This document shows positions 1 through 11,589 of a stretch of DNA of 64,000 nucleotides, one piece after another (the first letter of the stretch is position 1; every line of letters begins with the position of its first letter). A program made the translations under genes and the position numbers. The notes beneath the pieces are model-generated. The model was not told the DNA's origin. It saw only the letters and a list, made by a program, of their open reading frames with translations, and ran no database searches. This DNA comes from Cyanidioschyzon merolae. Lineage: Eukaryota. The DNA lies in assembly GCA_000091205.1 (NCBI GenBank), contig AP006493.2; one strand, given 5' to 3'.

Positions 1-1617
1 GGCGAAGTCGCTGAAAGCATGGGCACTCCGAGTGGATTCTGGCACGAGTTGCAGCAGATATCGGAGCAACTCGGTTTGACTGTAATCAAGGCGATTGGCG
101 GTCTCGCAGCGCTCGTTCTTGTGGGCGGGGCGGCGTTGCGCTTCATTTTCGATCTCGTGAAGGAGTCCAAGTCTCCGGAAACTTTCACAGCGATGGTCTT
201 GCTCACGGTACTGGGGACGGCTTGGGTGACAGACCACATGGGCTTGTCGATGACGCTGGGAGCATTCATGTCAGGTGTGCTCCTCTCGGAGAGCGACTAT
301 CGAAACGAGATTTCTGTGGATGTAGAGCCGTTCCGCGGAATGCTCCTAGGCTTATTCTTTATCACGACCGGCATGTCTGCTGATCTGAATCTTTTCTGGC
401 AGGAGCCGCTGCTTCTAACTGCGCTAATTGCAACACTGCTCGTGGCAAAGTCGTCGATCGCGACGCTCGTGGGGCGTCCTTTTCTCCCGACCTGGTCGGA
501 GGCGGCACGAGTTGGTCTGCTTCTCGGACAGGGAGGTGAGTTCGCCTTTGTCGCGTTTGCATTGGCGAAACGTTTGGGATATCTGCCGGAACCCGTGAAC
601 GCACTTCTGATTGATGCGGTCGTAGCATCGATGGCCTTGACACCGGCTCTGGCAGAGGTTGGCGCCCGCCTCTTCCGTCCTTCGGGTTCGGCTGCAAACG
701 CGCCAGAAAAGCCTGCCATGGAAGCAGACATTTCAGCTACCGCAAAAGGCGACCACGCTCCGGAGACGGAGGAGCAGGCCGCCATGGCGCCTGTGCCCTC
801 CGACAGCGACACCGCCGTCGTTGCTGCAAGTGCGGTACCGTCTGAGTCCACACAGACGCTGCCGGGAGATGTGGTCGACGCAAATACTATACCAGGACCC
901 GAGGAACTGAAGGCGATCATCCCTGGTGATCATGCCCTCAACGATATGGTTGTCATTTGTGGCTATGGCTTGGCCGGACGGATTGTCAGCTGTATGCTGG
1001 CAAAGAAAATTATACCCTACATCGCCTTTGATCGTGATGCACTCGTCGTGAGGCGCGCCGTAGAGCTCAGCGTTCCCTGTGTCTGTGCAGACGTTCGAAA
1101 TGTAGATGCGCTGCGGGCAATGGGGATTGTAGCGCCTGCCGCTTTCGTGATCACCTTCCATGGGAGTCACTTTATGGACACCAAGGATTTTCGTGAAACA
1201 ATTGAAACGATTCGAAATGCTTTTCGTGAGATTCCGATTTTTGCCCGGGCACGCAATCTCGAAGAGCGACGCTACCTCGAAAGCATTGGGGTGCACGCAT
1301 CCTTTCCGGAGAGTTTCGAGACGAGCCTCTTTCTCGGCCGCGAAGTGCTCAAATCGTTCACTCGTCGCGAGGCTGAAGTCGAAGCCATTGTCACTGAGAT
1401 ACGACGCAACGAGCAGCTTCGGGAGGAGTTTCAGCAATGGGAAATCTGGCACAACGCCGCACTGAGCCGCCGTTCTGCTGAGGCGGCCATCGCGAGCTGG
1501 CCAACTGCTGCTCCCGAATCGCCGACTCTGGACCACAACGGGACATCTAATGGAACCGTAACGGATCCGAGTTCACGAGAAGCTCAAACCGCAGAGGAAG
1601 CTCGGCACAGTCGCTGA
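1..1617 (+). CDS. K+ efflux antiporter, KefB/KefC (KEA, CPA2) family. This is the C-terminal part of the transmembrane domain plus an RCK/KTN NAD-binding domain. The 5' end is truncated by the window edge.
   Basis: The open frame runs from base 1, with no stop before the first Met at 19. The transmembrane segment resembles KefC around 'AGVLLSESDYRNEI...PFRGMLLGLFFITTGMS...GQGGEFAFV'. It is followed by a Rossmann-type KTN segment, 'MVVICGYGLAGRIV...AFDRD'. The stop is TGA at 1615-1617. Confidence 0.7.
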   Translation, partial: GEVAESMGTPSGFWHELQQISEQLGLTVIKAIGGLAALVLVGGAALRFIFDLVKESKSPETFTAMVLLTVLGTAWVTDHMGLSMTLGAFMSGVLLSESDYRNEISVDVEPFRGMLLGLFFITTGMSADLNLFWQEPLLLTALIATLLVAKSSIATLVGRPFLPTWSEAARVGLLLGQGGEFAFVAFALAKRLGYLPEPVNALLIDAVVASMALTPALAEVGARLFRPSGSAANAPEKPAMEADISATAKGDHAPETEEQAAMAPVPSDSDTAVVAASAVPSESTQTLPGDVVDANTIPGPEELKAIIPGDHALNDMVVICGYGLAGRIVSCMLAKKIIPYIAFDRDALVVRRAVELSVPCVCADVRNVDALRAMGIVAPAAFVITFHGSHFMDTKDFRETIETIRNAFREIPIFARARNLEERRYLESIGVHASFPESFETSLFLGREVLKSFTRREAEVEAIVTEIRRNEQLREEFQQWEIWHNAALSRRSAEAAIASWPTAAPESPTLDHNGTSNGTVTDPSSREAQTAEEARHSR

Positions 1618-2460
1618 TGCAACGCTCCTAGGCGATGTGGCAGCGGACTCGCGCCACCGCCAAGGCAGTCTGGAGTATACGCTGTGCCAGTGCCGAACTC
1701 ATTGCGATGTGCAAAAGCCGTCACATCGCGTAAGGACTCGCTAACTTGTACTGCTACGCGATCGAGTAAGCAGCCAGAATAGCACCGCACGCATGTTCCC
1801 GCTGGTGACGGAGCAGATGTCGTGCGGAATATATGCAACAGTGCGGTACAGTCGGCGTGCGAACGGCGAACTTGGGCGCACGACTGCTCCAGAATGGGAA
1901 CCGAACGTGTCGCCCGCAGGGCCGCGGCGGAGTCGGAGCGGAGTCCTCAGACAGAGCGACAGGCGTGCCCGTGAGGCAGCCAAGCGCATAGACTTTGCTG
2001 ATTTGCGAAACGCAGAACATTACCATACCGTATCGAGATTGAATACGCACTTGTTTCCGATGCTCACGAGATGAGCTCACATGATCATTTGCGTATAGCC
2101 TACTGATCGAGGTCAGAGAGATCGTGCTTCAGGGTCTCGGGGCATGGATCGTTTTTGAAAACGACGCAAACGGTCGGCTCTTGATCTCTGTCTTTTCTAA
2201 CCTAATATCGCAACGCGAAATAGTCTTGAACTTCTGGAGAGCACACTGCCTCTACCAATGCACGGGGAGCATCAAGCGATGCACCCGATCTGCCAGAGGC
2301 GCGCTACTCGACTCAGGTCGTGTGCGCGAGTTCCTCATACTTTCCAGGGATGCGACGTCTACCAGACACGCGCTGTTCAATAGAAATCCTGCCGGTATGC
2401 CGTGCAAGCTGTTCGTGACGCTCACACTCCGGCACAGATGTGTGAAAGTTGCCGCTGCGC

Positions 2461-3300
2461 TCACAAATCGGAGACGACGCGCGTTACTTGAACGTATTTG
2501 CGCAGCTCTTGTGCAAGGACAGCTGTCGTGCCACGCGCGAACACGTGCCCTGTAGGTTTTCGGTAAACACGAACGTTTTCCTTCGCATAGCCCCGCAGGT
2601 AATCGACTGCCCTGCCACCGTTCTTCACGACACACAGGTCAACATTAGAACCGGAGCCCAGGTCGTTCTCGATTCCCGCCGAGATCGCTTCGTATACAAG
2701 ACATTTTGCCTCTTCTTCAGTGAGCGCTTCATGCCAACGCGCTTCAAACACAGCCATTGCCGCTAGCGAGCCACTACCCATTGATACATAGGGCAACTGG
2801 TCAACGCTTCCGTGCGGGTATACCGTGTACAGCGAAGGGCCATTCAGCTCGTCAACTCCACCTAGAACAAGCGCCGCGGATATGTATCCTTGGTAGCGAA
2901 ATAAGTAGTGTTTTAATCTCGTCATTGCAGCGGCCACCGGAACCAAGTCGCGATCGACGGCCTGCCGGTGCAGCTCCATTTGGCTCGCGATCAACTGCGT
3001 CGTGGCTTCCGTGTCCGCAGCCGTTCCAGCTCCACAGCAGTAAATATTTGATGCTATGTAGTGAATCTTGCTGCAGTTTTTATCAGCCACAACGTTTCCT
3101 TCCGTCGCGCGCGTGTCTGCTCCGAGCACGACACCGCCAGCGAAGAGTACGCCAGCAATGGTCGTCCCGGTTTTGCGTGGCGGCTTTGCCAGGACGTTTT
3201 CGATCCTCTCCTTGGATTCGTTAGACCAGCGTCTTAAAAGCTGCTGGTTGCGCAGAAACAAGTCAAAACTAAATCCCTGGAAGTCCTGCTCGAGAAGCAT
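2461..3300 (-). CDS. PSMB7: 20S proteasome subunit beta type-7 (beta2, trypsin-like, PUP1 family)
   Basis: A 279-aa uninterrupted ORF. The N-terminal propeptide ends at 'GTTIAG', which carries the catalytic Thr. The C-terminal extension is typical of beta2. The stop is TGA. Confidence 0.85.
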   Translation of the reverse strand: MLLEQDFQGFSFDLFLRNQQLLRRWSNESKERIENVLAKPPRKTGTTIAGVLFAGGVVLGADTRATEGNVVADKNCSKIHYIASNIYCCGAGTAADTEATTQLIASQMELHRQAVDRDLVPVAAAMTRLKHYLFRYQGYISAALVLGGVDELNGPSLYTVYPHGSVDQLPYVSMGSGSLAAMAVFEARWHEALTEEEAKCLVYEAISAGIENDLGSGSNVDLCVVKNGGRAVDYLRGYAKENVRVYRKPTGHVFARGTTAVLAQELRKYVQVTRVVSDL

Positions 3301-3673
3301 GTTTAGCAGGCAAAGAGAAACGGGTCAAGAACTGCGCTGAGGCGCACTCCTAACGCGGATGTGTGCGTTTGCAGGACGCTGCACGGATGCGTAGATTCAG
3401 CTGGAGCTTTTCGGGTCGCTCTGTTTCAACCCGTCCCAAATATGCATCATTGGGTCATGATTTCCGTCTGAGGATGCCCTGGATGCGATAGGAACGAATC
3501 AGTATAAATTATTCCTAAATGGTATCTTACTGCCATCTGTGCATTGCACGCGAACAGAGACCTCTGCGCTGCAGGCACAGGCGACTGTCGCCGTTTTGCG
3601 ATCGCCTCCGACCGAGGCCAGGAATTTAGGCGCCCTCAGCGCGATCCGAGCGCATTCGCCGAATAGCGCATTA

Positions 3674-3698
3674 GATGGATGGATGGATGGATGGATGG
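3674..3698. repeat. (GATG)6 microsatellite
   Basis: The sequence reads gatggatggatggatggatggatgg directly. Confidence 0.9.
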
Positions 3699-4254
3699 TG
3701 AGCGGGTCCACCTCGGCAGTGGGCTTGCGAAGGGCACGATGCATCCGAGTGATCGTCTTGCCAGACTTGTTTTTTATACGGTGAGCGCTGGAACACTTGC
3801 ATCCACGGTGCTGCTCACACCTCTAGTCCAGCACCGTCGACGCCGACGCAAGGCGCGCGAAGCAGAGCGCCTCGAGCGTTGACTTTGCTATTCGTGGTGG
3901 GGAGGCGTAGCCTCGGGGGACGCAAAGCGCACACCTGAAACGCTTCTGCAAGTAAATGGTTCCAGCGCAGTGTCAAGTTGCACGACACCGGAACGCAGCT
4001 GTGGCAGGAGCAGGTCGCGGTAGCGTTGTCCGAGGTACGGGCACGGCTTGTCGCTTGAACTACCCCAGTGAATGAGATTGTGAGAGCCCGCTGCGCACGC
4101 ACCGGTAAAACGGTTGCGCTCCACTACTAAAGCGGGAAACAGTTAGGTGCAAGATCGACGCAAAATTACGCTTCACGTTTAGGACTGGAGGAGCTGCGTC
4201 AGCTGCTCTGCTCCGCCGGCCTGCCACACAACGGATGCTGGTCGTGTAATCGGT

Positions 4255-5973
4255 TTAGGCCGTTTTCTGTGCTTTGCGAACGGCGTTATCAACGGCGCGC
4301 TCATTCATTTCCTCTTCGCCGCAGGATACAGTGTACACCCAGAGATCTCCGACTTGCCGAACTGCGACGCAGTTGCATCCTATGCGCCAGATCGCCTGGA
4401 GAATTGGTGTAGGATCATACAGATAATGTTCGGGAAAAGCCTTCTTGAGAGCCTCTGTGGCTTTCTTACCATGGTAATGGGGTATTCTCGAGCATACGTG
4501 ATGCACCACGTGCGTAGTCCCGATGTGATGGTGCAAAAAGTCGATGAGCTTTGGATACGGCCGGTCGACAGTCAGCAGCGCGCCCTTGTTCCAGCTCCAG
4601 TGCTGCGAGTCATAGTGCGGAATATCCACGTCCGTGTGCTGAAGCCATGTATATAGTACAAGCCACATGTTTGTGACCAAATATGGCAAGCCGTACACAA
4701 CGCAAACGCGCACCGGCCCGTCGTATTGGGCCCAGCTATAGAGTAGCCCTAGCGTCGCCAGTACCCCCAGATCTGAGGCTAGCACTCTGAGCTTCCATCG
4801 CCAACCGGGATACAGCGATACTGGTCTCGGCAAGGTCTCGTTCACAGATTGCAGCTCACCTTGTCCAAACGAGAACGGTATAAAGTGATTGGTCAGGCCA
4901 CGAACTGGCCCGCCCGTGGCACCGTACAAAAGATATGCTGGCCAACCCAGGACCAAATGCATGAAAACGTTGAGGGCTCCAAAAGCATCATCTCCAATCC
5001 AGTGCATGATGCGTAGATTTGTCTTCCCTGAAACACTATTTGCGGTATGCGGAACGTGCGTCTCGCCCTCATCCAAATGGTTTGTACGGGCATGATGCAC
5101 TGCATGAGAGCGTTGCCAACTGAAGTAAGGCACCAACAAGCTTGAATGGAGCACAAATCCGATCAGATCCTGCAGCCATGCCGCCGAGCAGAATGCACCG
5201 TGCCCACACTCGTGTGCGATGACCCAGACGCCGGTGGCGATCGTTCCGGTTACCGCAGCGTATAGCGCCCAGAGCACGAGCATGCCAACTTTGGCCAGCG
5301 ACGCCCAGCCCGCCATACGCGACACTACGCCGACCTGGAGGTTCCATAGATACGTGTATCCAAACCAGCCACAGGCAAGCGTCAGCAACACAGACATGGC
5401 CGCGTATGCCGACGAGCGCACGAAGGAGCGTTCGTAGCACTCGTCCGGAATGGCGGCCAGCAGCGCCTTGACCGAAGGAAACTCCCGATTCGTAATCATC
5501 GCCTGATGACCAGTCCCTCCAAGAACAGATACGTCCGTCAGCACCTTGTCACAAGCCTGGGCGTCAGAACGGGCCTGGTCCGACGCGCACATCGTACCGC
5601 ACGCAGTGCTGGCGTGCGGGCAAGCGTCAGCCACACCGCCAGTCCGCCCTGAGCATCCAACGGAAAAACACCGTTTTGCCTCTGGTGTACCTTGTTTTAC
5701 AGTATCATTCGACTTTTCGCCTCTGATTCGACTTTCATATATGCTTGTATTCATAGATGGCGCCGCTGTGTTTCCAAACAACTCCAACTTTACAGTGTGA
5801 AAATACGAAAAGCTTCTAGGGCGAAGAGCGCGCTCGACGGCTGAACGTATCGATCGATCGACCGGATCCGTGGCGAGGATGCCGCGGCCGCTCAGGGCGC
5901 CGCATCGCCGCAGAAAGCACGACGAGATGAGCGCGCGCGCGCTCCGGCGGATCATCACGCCGTACCGCGACAC
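4255..5973 (-). CDS. Membrane fatty-acid desaturase of the FAD2/FAD3 (omega-6/omega-3) family, with a roughly 150-aa N-terminal extension
   Basis: All three histidine boxes are present: 'HECGHGAF', 'WQRSHAVHHARTNH...DEGETHVP' and 'HVVHHV'. The stop is TAA. The true start may be an internal Met (MITNREF...). The N-terminal extension could be a plastid targeting sequence. Confidence 0.75.
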   Translation of the reverse strand: MSRYGVMIRRSARALISSCFLRRCGALSGRGILATDPVDRSIRSAVERALRPRSFSYFHTVKLELFGNTAAPSMNTSIYESRIRGEKSNDTVKQGTPEAKRCFSVGCSGRTGGVADACPHASTACGTMCASDQARSDAQACDKVLTDVSVLGGTGHQAMITNREFPSVKALLAAIPDECYERSFVRSSAYAAMSVLLTLACGWFGYTYLWNLQVGVVSRMAGWASLAKVGMLVLWALYAAVTGTIATGVWVIAHECGHGAFCSAAWLQDLIGFVLHSSLLVPYFSWQRSHAVHHARTNHLDEGETHVPHTANSVSGKTNLRIMHWIGDDAFGALNVFMHLVLGWPAYLLYGATGGPVRGLTNHFIPFSFGQGELQSVNETLPRPVSLYPGWRWKLRVLASDLGVLATLGLLYSWAQYDGPVRVCVVYGLPYLVTNMWLVLYTWLQHTDVDIPHYDSQHWSWNKGALLTVDRPYPKLIDFLHHHIGTTHVVHHVCSRIPHYHGKKATEALKKAFPEHYLYDPTPILQAIWRIGCNCVAVRQVGDLWVYTVSCGEEEMNERAVDNAVRKAQKTA

Positions 5974-6413
5974 GACGCTCGAACGAATGCGTACGCTGCG
6001 GCTTGCGCACGCGGTAGCATTCTAGGCGGGCAGCAGCGGGATCTCTGCCGCGTGCGAAGGGCAATCGCAGCGCGATGTGGTGCGCTCGATGATGCTGGGG
6101 CGTGCTGTCGATATCCTCCCATCAGATACAGAAAGGTATGATATTAGATGCGGCCTGTTCGGTGAACCGCTCGGACGACGCGCGCACGCCCGCTGCGTCA
6201 TCGATGCGTCGGTGTGCGGGAGCGGCGCGCGTTGCTTGCATTCCTCGACGCTAGGCACCGTGTGCAAGTGCCCGAAGAAAGCCGTCGTTGTCGACTGGTG
6301 GCTTGTTAGAGCGGAGCGTCGCAGCTCGTGCGTCTGCAGCGACTCTCGTTGTTACTGGGACGACCTTGGGAAGCGACATGGTTTGCGGGTTCCCAAACTA
6401 GGGTTCTATTCGT

Positions 6414-7469
6414 TTGCAGATTCAATCTTCGTTCAGGATGACGAACATTTGTTTCATAGACCAGGGGCTGCTGCTTCGGAAACGAGGATTTTCCTGTCGT
6501 CGCTGTAGCGTCTGCTGCGACACACAGCGTCGTGCTCGCTTGGGCGCGTTGCCGCGCAGAGCTGGTGCCTCTCGGCTCGTGAATAGCAGCATACAGGTAA
6601 CTGCTGAGTACGCCCAAGCGTTAGCTCAAGCGAATGAGCTCTTCAATCTGTACAATGCGGACGTACCGTGGCCATGGTTCATACGCGGCGTCGTCCACTT
6701 GCAGCATAATCGCGCGGCGCTAGCGGTAGCTGATCTTGAGCGAGCGCTTCTCATGGGTTTTCGGGGTTCCGAGGTGCGTATTTTCGCAGCGGCCGCGCTA
6801 TTCCGTGCCGGCAAGGTTTCAGACGCCGTTACATACTATCTAGAAGTCATGCGAAATGAGATCGGGAGTGTAGGGAACCCATTGGCCGAGCCGAATGAGC
6901 TGCGAAAGCTCATAGGTCCCTATATTCCGCTGTGGAAACCACCGGGAAAGCTCTTTCAGCAGGCAGTGTGTTTCTATTGCGCCCGCAGGTTTGAGGACGC
7001 GTTCCAGGCCCTGGATAAAGTTGTTGCGCTCGGTCGGGACTACATCTACGCTGGCAACGAAGACACTGGAGATCCCCTGACCTGGGAGCACGTTTTGTGG
7101 CGGATAGCATCGTACCGTCGGCTCAAGGGACAAACGCCAATACTATCACAGAGCGAGCTCGCGGCCGTTCCAACAAGTGATATACCTCTGTCTCTGATCG
7201 ACTTGTACAGGACGAATGACGTTGCGGTTGAGGAAGCGCTCTGCCAGCACGAAAGCGAAATAGCGACATTGAGCGACCAGATTCGCTTCCAGTTCTATCG
7301 TGGTCTCTTCTGGCAGCATCGCACCGATTCTCAGTTGCATCAGCGAGCGCTTCGCCATTTCGAGCAGGTCGCGAAACAGATACCTGACGAAAACACCCTG
7401 GATTCTCTCGATGATTCGGCGGCTTTTCTGGTGGATGTCACCCGCATCATGCTCCATCGAACGTTGTAA
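6414..7469 (+). CDS. Hypothetical protein, probably helical repeat (TPR-like). The start is uncertain.
   Basis: A 351-aa ORF with no match to a family I recognise. Its composition is helical and leucine/alanine-rich. Confidence 0.3.
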   Translation: MQIQSSFRMTNICFIDQGLLLRKRGFSCRRCSVCCDTQRRARLGALPRRAGASRLVNSSIQVTAEYAQALAQANELFNLYNADVPWPWFIRGVVHLQHNRAALAVADLERALLMGFRGSEVRIFAAAALFRAGKVSDAVTYYLEVMRNEIGSVGNPLAEPNELRKLIGPYIPLWKPPGKLFQQAVCFYCARRFEDAFQALDKVVALGRDYIYAGNEDTGDPLTWEHVLWRIASYRRLKGQTPILSQSELAAVPTSDIPLSLIDLYRTNDVAVEEALCQHESEIATLSDQIRFQFYRGLFWQHRTDSQLHQRALRHFEQVAKQIPDENTLDSLDDSAAFLVDVTRIMLHRTL

Positions 7470-8018
7470 TTAGACGTGGGCCATCATCATCCGATATATT
7501 TGCGTACAGCAGCGCTTTATATGTGAGAGAATGTTTTGTTGCGCTTCCGCTGCGCGTCGTATGGGCAACGCAAGATTCTGGCCAACAGAGTTGCCAGCAA
7601 ACCTTGCAATAACCTCTAGACCGCCAGTGCCGATTCCCCTGTTGTCCGAGGAACAAAAACAGGCGGACAACTGGTGACCCTCAAAGCGTATGAACGAGCC
7701 CAGGGATGCGCCTCGAGATACAGTGAATAAGCGCGTACCACGTTTTTAAATGCCGCTCTCCGGAACTGATCGAGGATCGATATGACCAGGAAAGAACGAT
7801 GCACACACGTCTTCATGTATCTGGGCTGCAGTGTCGTGCGCGGTATTCTACGCTCCTCTTCGAGGCCATACGCGCGATAATACCCCCAGTGCATGAATGC
7901 GTCTTCTGCGTCGTACGTGCCACGTCTTGGATGATGGCTCGTGCGATTCAGCAATGCCCTGTGAGACGCGCATGCACGCATGCATGCAGTCGTGCATGTA
8001 CCAGGGGCTTAGTGAGCC

Positions 8019-10181
8019 TCACGGTGCTTGCTCGCATCCAGTGAGCTCAGCTTGTCGCGAGACAAGGTCGAAACATAGCTGCTCGATCGCAGCGCAGCTC
8101 CAGCCGTCTGTCTGGGCAACTAGTTCATCCAAAGCAACGGAACCAGGAAGCAAAGCCGTCTCTGATGCTTGTTGGTCAAACGTGGTTCGCATGGGCGTCT
8201 CAGTTGGCGCCCGGGTGAGGTAGAGTTCAAGGATCGCTCGCCGATCGACTGCGCTGGGCAACGGTACCTCGAGCTGCAGGTCAAAGCGTCCCGGGCGCAG
8301 TAGCGCCGCATCGACGCGATCGATACGATTGGTAGCTCCAGTCAACACTACATGCGCATCTGTTTCGTTCATAGCATCTATTTCGGTGAGGAGCGTCCCC
8401 AAGAGACGATTGGCGACATCAGATGCCCCTGCCGACGTGTCTGCATTTCGGATTCCTATAAGGTTGTCGATTTCGTCGAGAAAAACGAGCGCGGGACTCG
8501 AGCTGCGTGCGATCGAGAAAATTTCACGTAGCGTTCGCTCGGATTCTCCCAGATACGCGGAATAAAGATCGGCGCTGCTAACATGAATGAAGGTGAACGG
8601 AGCTCCTTGTCGCCAGAGCGTCTCCACTGCAGCCCGAACGAGACGCGTTTTCCCGCATCCTGGTGGGCCGTAGAGCAGCACTGCACGAGCAGGTCGCACT
8701 CCCAGTCGCACACAGGTACTGCGGTACAGGAGAGGCCAGGCCAACGCGCGGAACAGCGCTTCTTTTGTGGCGTGGTGTCCACCGAGGGCATCGAATCCAC
8801 GAAACTGATGTCGCAAACTTGACGCATTAGTTCCGTCCACGAGAACATCCAGGCATTTTGGGTGCTCAATTCGATACGTCTGGTGCGCTCGCGCGGCAAC
8901 GCCACCGGCTCTCTGAAAAGAAAATCCACAACTGGCGAGGCGAACGTAATCACTGGCCACGTAGCCGGGCGTTTGTGCCGCCAGAGACGCCGGGTCCGGT
9001 GCTCCAAGCGCTCGCATCAGCGCGATCCGCTCCTCGAATGTAGGTACCGTGGCGTGAATGAGTCCTTCGAAGCGACCCCCTCGTCGCAAAGAGACCGGCA
9101 TGTCGCCGAGCCTTCTCACAGTCGCCACACAAACGACTCGCGAACGCCCAGCCGACAGTCGATGCTCGATCGTATCAAACCAGTTCACAAGTAGAAGCGG
9201 AAGCGCGTCCGTTGCTTCAGAAGCGTTTCTCGCGGCGAAAGGCGCTCGCTCACCACACACTCGATCAATATCTTCGAAGAGAATGATGGTGTTTTTGCAA
9301 GGGCGTTCTTCGCAGGACGCTCTACTCAGTCGCCAAAATATCTCAGCGGTTAGCGCCTCTAGATTTGAGCGAAGCGTCCCCAGGTCGCGCCCCTTTTCTC
9401 GGAGCCTGAAAGTAATGTGCTCCGCTTCCAAGTCCTGCGATGCTTGCCTGACGGCGTACGTCTTGCCGACCCCGGCAGGGCCTGCCAAAATACACCCATG
9501 AATGACGCCGCCGCCATATGCTCGAGGCAGGCACCAGAGCGTCTTGATGTAATCAATGAGCTTCTTCGCAAAACGGAAGTAAACTTGAGTATCGGGGGTC
9601 GCGTCCCCGATAGCGCGCACGAGCGTATGTTCAACTCGTTTGGGCGTTCGGTGGATTTGGGTTGCGAGCGTAATCCAATTTCCTCCGTGGACTCGAAGGA
9701 CTCGCCAACGTTGGTGAATCACTGCACCGGCAACGACAGGCAAATAGAGCAGAAGCGCTCGCAGTGAGGCGGAATCTTCGCACTGTGGTGGACCAAGCGA
9801 TGCATCTGCCTCGGGGAACAACAACTCCTCGAGCCAGAGCTCAGATGCAGGAGCCCGGGGACCAATGACCTGCACGCATGCTCGGTTCTGCTCTGGAGGG
9901 GCTCCTTTGTCTGCAACTGCGTCAAACGCAGCAGCTGGTGCTGCAATACGCACTGCGTTGACGTCGTGCAGCTCTGAACGCACCAGGTGCGGCGGGTTCT
10001 CATCGCACACGAGCGGAGCGTCCACCACCTCCCGAGCACTGCTTGGCCAGAGCGTACAAAGCGCAGACCCGTAGAGCGTGACGACTGAGCCTACGGTGAC
10101 ATCTTTTGGCCACTCGCTAAGCGATAAAAATGCTTTCCCGGAACTCGTGGTTCTCCCGTTGCAGCTTGTCATTCCAAACAC
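8019..10181 (-). CDS. Type II AAA+ ATPase with two ATPase domains (PEX1/PEX6/AFG2-like)
   Basis: D1 carries Walker A 'GPAGVGKT' and Walker B 'ILFEDID'. D2 carries 'LLYGPPGCGKT', 'LVFLDEID' and 'ATNRIDRVDAALLRPGRFD'. It is a 720-aa single ORF and the stop is TGA. Confidence 0.75.
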   Translation of the reverse strand: MFGMTSCNGRTTSSGKAFLSLSEWPKDVTVGSVVTLYGSALCTLWPSSAREVVDAPLVCDENPPHLVRSELHDVNAVRIAAPAAAFDAVADKGAPPEQNRACVQVIGPRAPASELWLEELLFPEADASLGPPQCEDSASLRALLLYLPVVAGAVIHQRWRVLRVHGGNWITLATQIHRTPKRVEHTLVRAIGDATPDTQVYFRFAKKLIDYIKTLWCLPRAYGGGVIHGCILAGPAGVGKTYAVRQASQDLEAEHITFRLREKGRDLGTLRSNLEALTAEIFWRLSRASCEERPCKNTIILFEDIDRVCGERAPFAARNASEATDALPLLLVNWFDTIEHRLSAGRSRVVCVATVRRLGDMPVSLRRGGRFEGLIHATVPTFEERIALMRALGAPDPASLAAQTPGYVASDYVRLASCGFSFQRAGGVAARAHQTYRIEHPKCLDVLVDGTNASSLRHQFRGFDALGGHHATKEALFRALAWPLLYRSTCVRLGVRPARAVLLYGPPGCGKTRLVRAAVETLWRQGAPFTFIHVSSADLYSAYLGESERTLREIFSIARSSSPALVFLDEIDNLIGIRNADTSAGASDVANRLLGTLLTEIDAMNETDAHVVLTGATNRIDRVDAALLRPGRFDLQLEVPLPSAVDRRAILELYLTRAPTETPMRTTFDQQASETALLPGSVALDELVAQTDGWSCAAIEQLCFDLVSRQAELTGCEQAP

Positions 10182-10744
10182 TTCGGTGAAGCGTCTGCCA
10201 GCTTGAGGTGTTTGGCTCTCTTACACCGTGCGCTTACGCTGATCGAACCAACTTGGTACCTTAAGCACGTCGTAAATCGTCAACCAGCTGCCAACACGTG
10301 TACTCTTGGCGGCCTTGTACCGGCGTCGCTGGAGCCGCACCGCCCCAGGAGTAGAACGCTTGTCCTGGTTATGCCAGTGCCAACTGCTCCTAATGGTGTG
10401 TGCTCCACAGCGTACTCGTGACAAATAGCAGTCACCAGTAGAATGTCATGCCATTATAAAAACAACGCTAGGCACAAGAACGAGCCTTATTGTCATTTTG
10501 GCGACTACAGCACCGAAGCGGGAAACCTTCCCGACACCTTCAATACGTCGAGCAGTAGGAAGTGCAGGAACGAGTCCAGCGCTCACGCCTTCATTCATCG
10601 GGGGATAAAATGGAACAGGTCCAGCAGCTCGGTTGTGGGCGTCCATGTTCAGGGGTCGCTTTGTATTCTCATCATCACCAGACTCGGCAGGCTCTTTTTG
10701 CGACTGATTCACGCTCTTCTCTAGTGTAGCCTTTCAGCTCGGTT

Positions 10745-11580
10745 TGGTTTCATCCACGTTGGAGAGTAAAGCAGGAGATCGAAATCACGATGCAATATTC
10801 CGTATAGATCGTAGACGGATTGTCTGTAGGATATATATTCTCTAGTGAACAGTGAAAGGAGAACCGCAATCATCATCCTTTAGCTCTGCCATGCCACGGT
10901 GCTAAGATAGTTGAGGAACACTGGATGAACGAAGTACATGCGTTCTGCGCCAAAAACCGATATTGTGAATGACTGCTGTTGTTCAATGGTGGATAACGAT
11001 CCGCTGATCACCACACGGAAAGCAAAAGTGAAGATAACAGCCACCAGGGGCGTGCCTGTTTCTCAACAGCTTGTTCGTGTGGTCCTGAAAACACTGGGAT
11101 ACAGTCGCAAAAAAGGGTCCTGGTTCATACACAGCCAGCTTCCATGGGAATCGAAACTACTACAGGTTTCCTGCGACTCAGTGATCGGCATGAAGCAGGG
11201 GAACCTTGGTTTGTTTTCCCAGTGGATGAGACTTGCTTCAGGTAAAATGGTCGAAGCGTATACAGGTATTCGTGCAGACAGAACCCGTTGTGTGTACGAT
11301 CGAGCTCGTAGAGAACGGGGACATGATCATACGTTCTACCTAAAGTGCATGCACTTGGCGACGTCAGTTTCGCTCGTAGACAAGGCTCATACAACAGCAG
11401 CAACCACTTTGTTGAACCATTGACAACTTTTTCCCTGACGTCCGGCGACGCCCTTCTATTAGACAACGTGACATTTCACGATGCCCTTCGCTTTGTCTTT
11501 CTTCCGCAAGACCTTCTCGCTCGGGGAACGCCATCACCTATGGGCTTGAAGCGGTGCATTCATTTTCAAAAATAAGAAAT
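10745..11580 (+). mobile_element. Decayed repeat module with a Tc1/mariner-like HTH remnant. It is a second copy of the module at 47145..47800 and is contiguous with the Fanzor-like fragment at 11590..12030.
   Basis: Its nucleotide and peptide sequence is similar to 47.1-47.8 kb. Shared peptides include 'GVPVSQ(Q/K)LVRVVL(K/E)T', 'MRLASG' and 'KAHTTAA / EGSYNRS'. The junction sequence 'ttcaaaaataagaaat' matches the 5' end of the 48.1-kb mini-element. Confidence 0.45.
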
Positions 11581-11589
11581 CTAATATTT

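Noticed and set aside
297-1536. Long antisense ORFs overlapping annotated genes (297..920 -, 733..1536 -, 8456..9007 -, 28448..29284 -, 53340..53850 -)
   Set aside because: They lie opposite well-supported genes in GC-rich sequence, where stop codons are rare on the antisense strand. None has recognisable motifs. I treated them as compositional artefacts.
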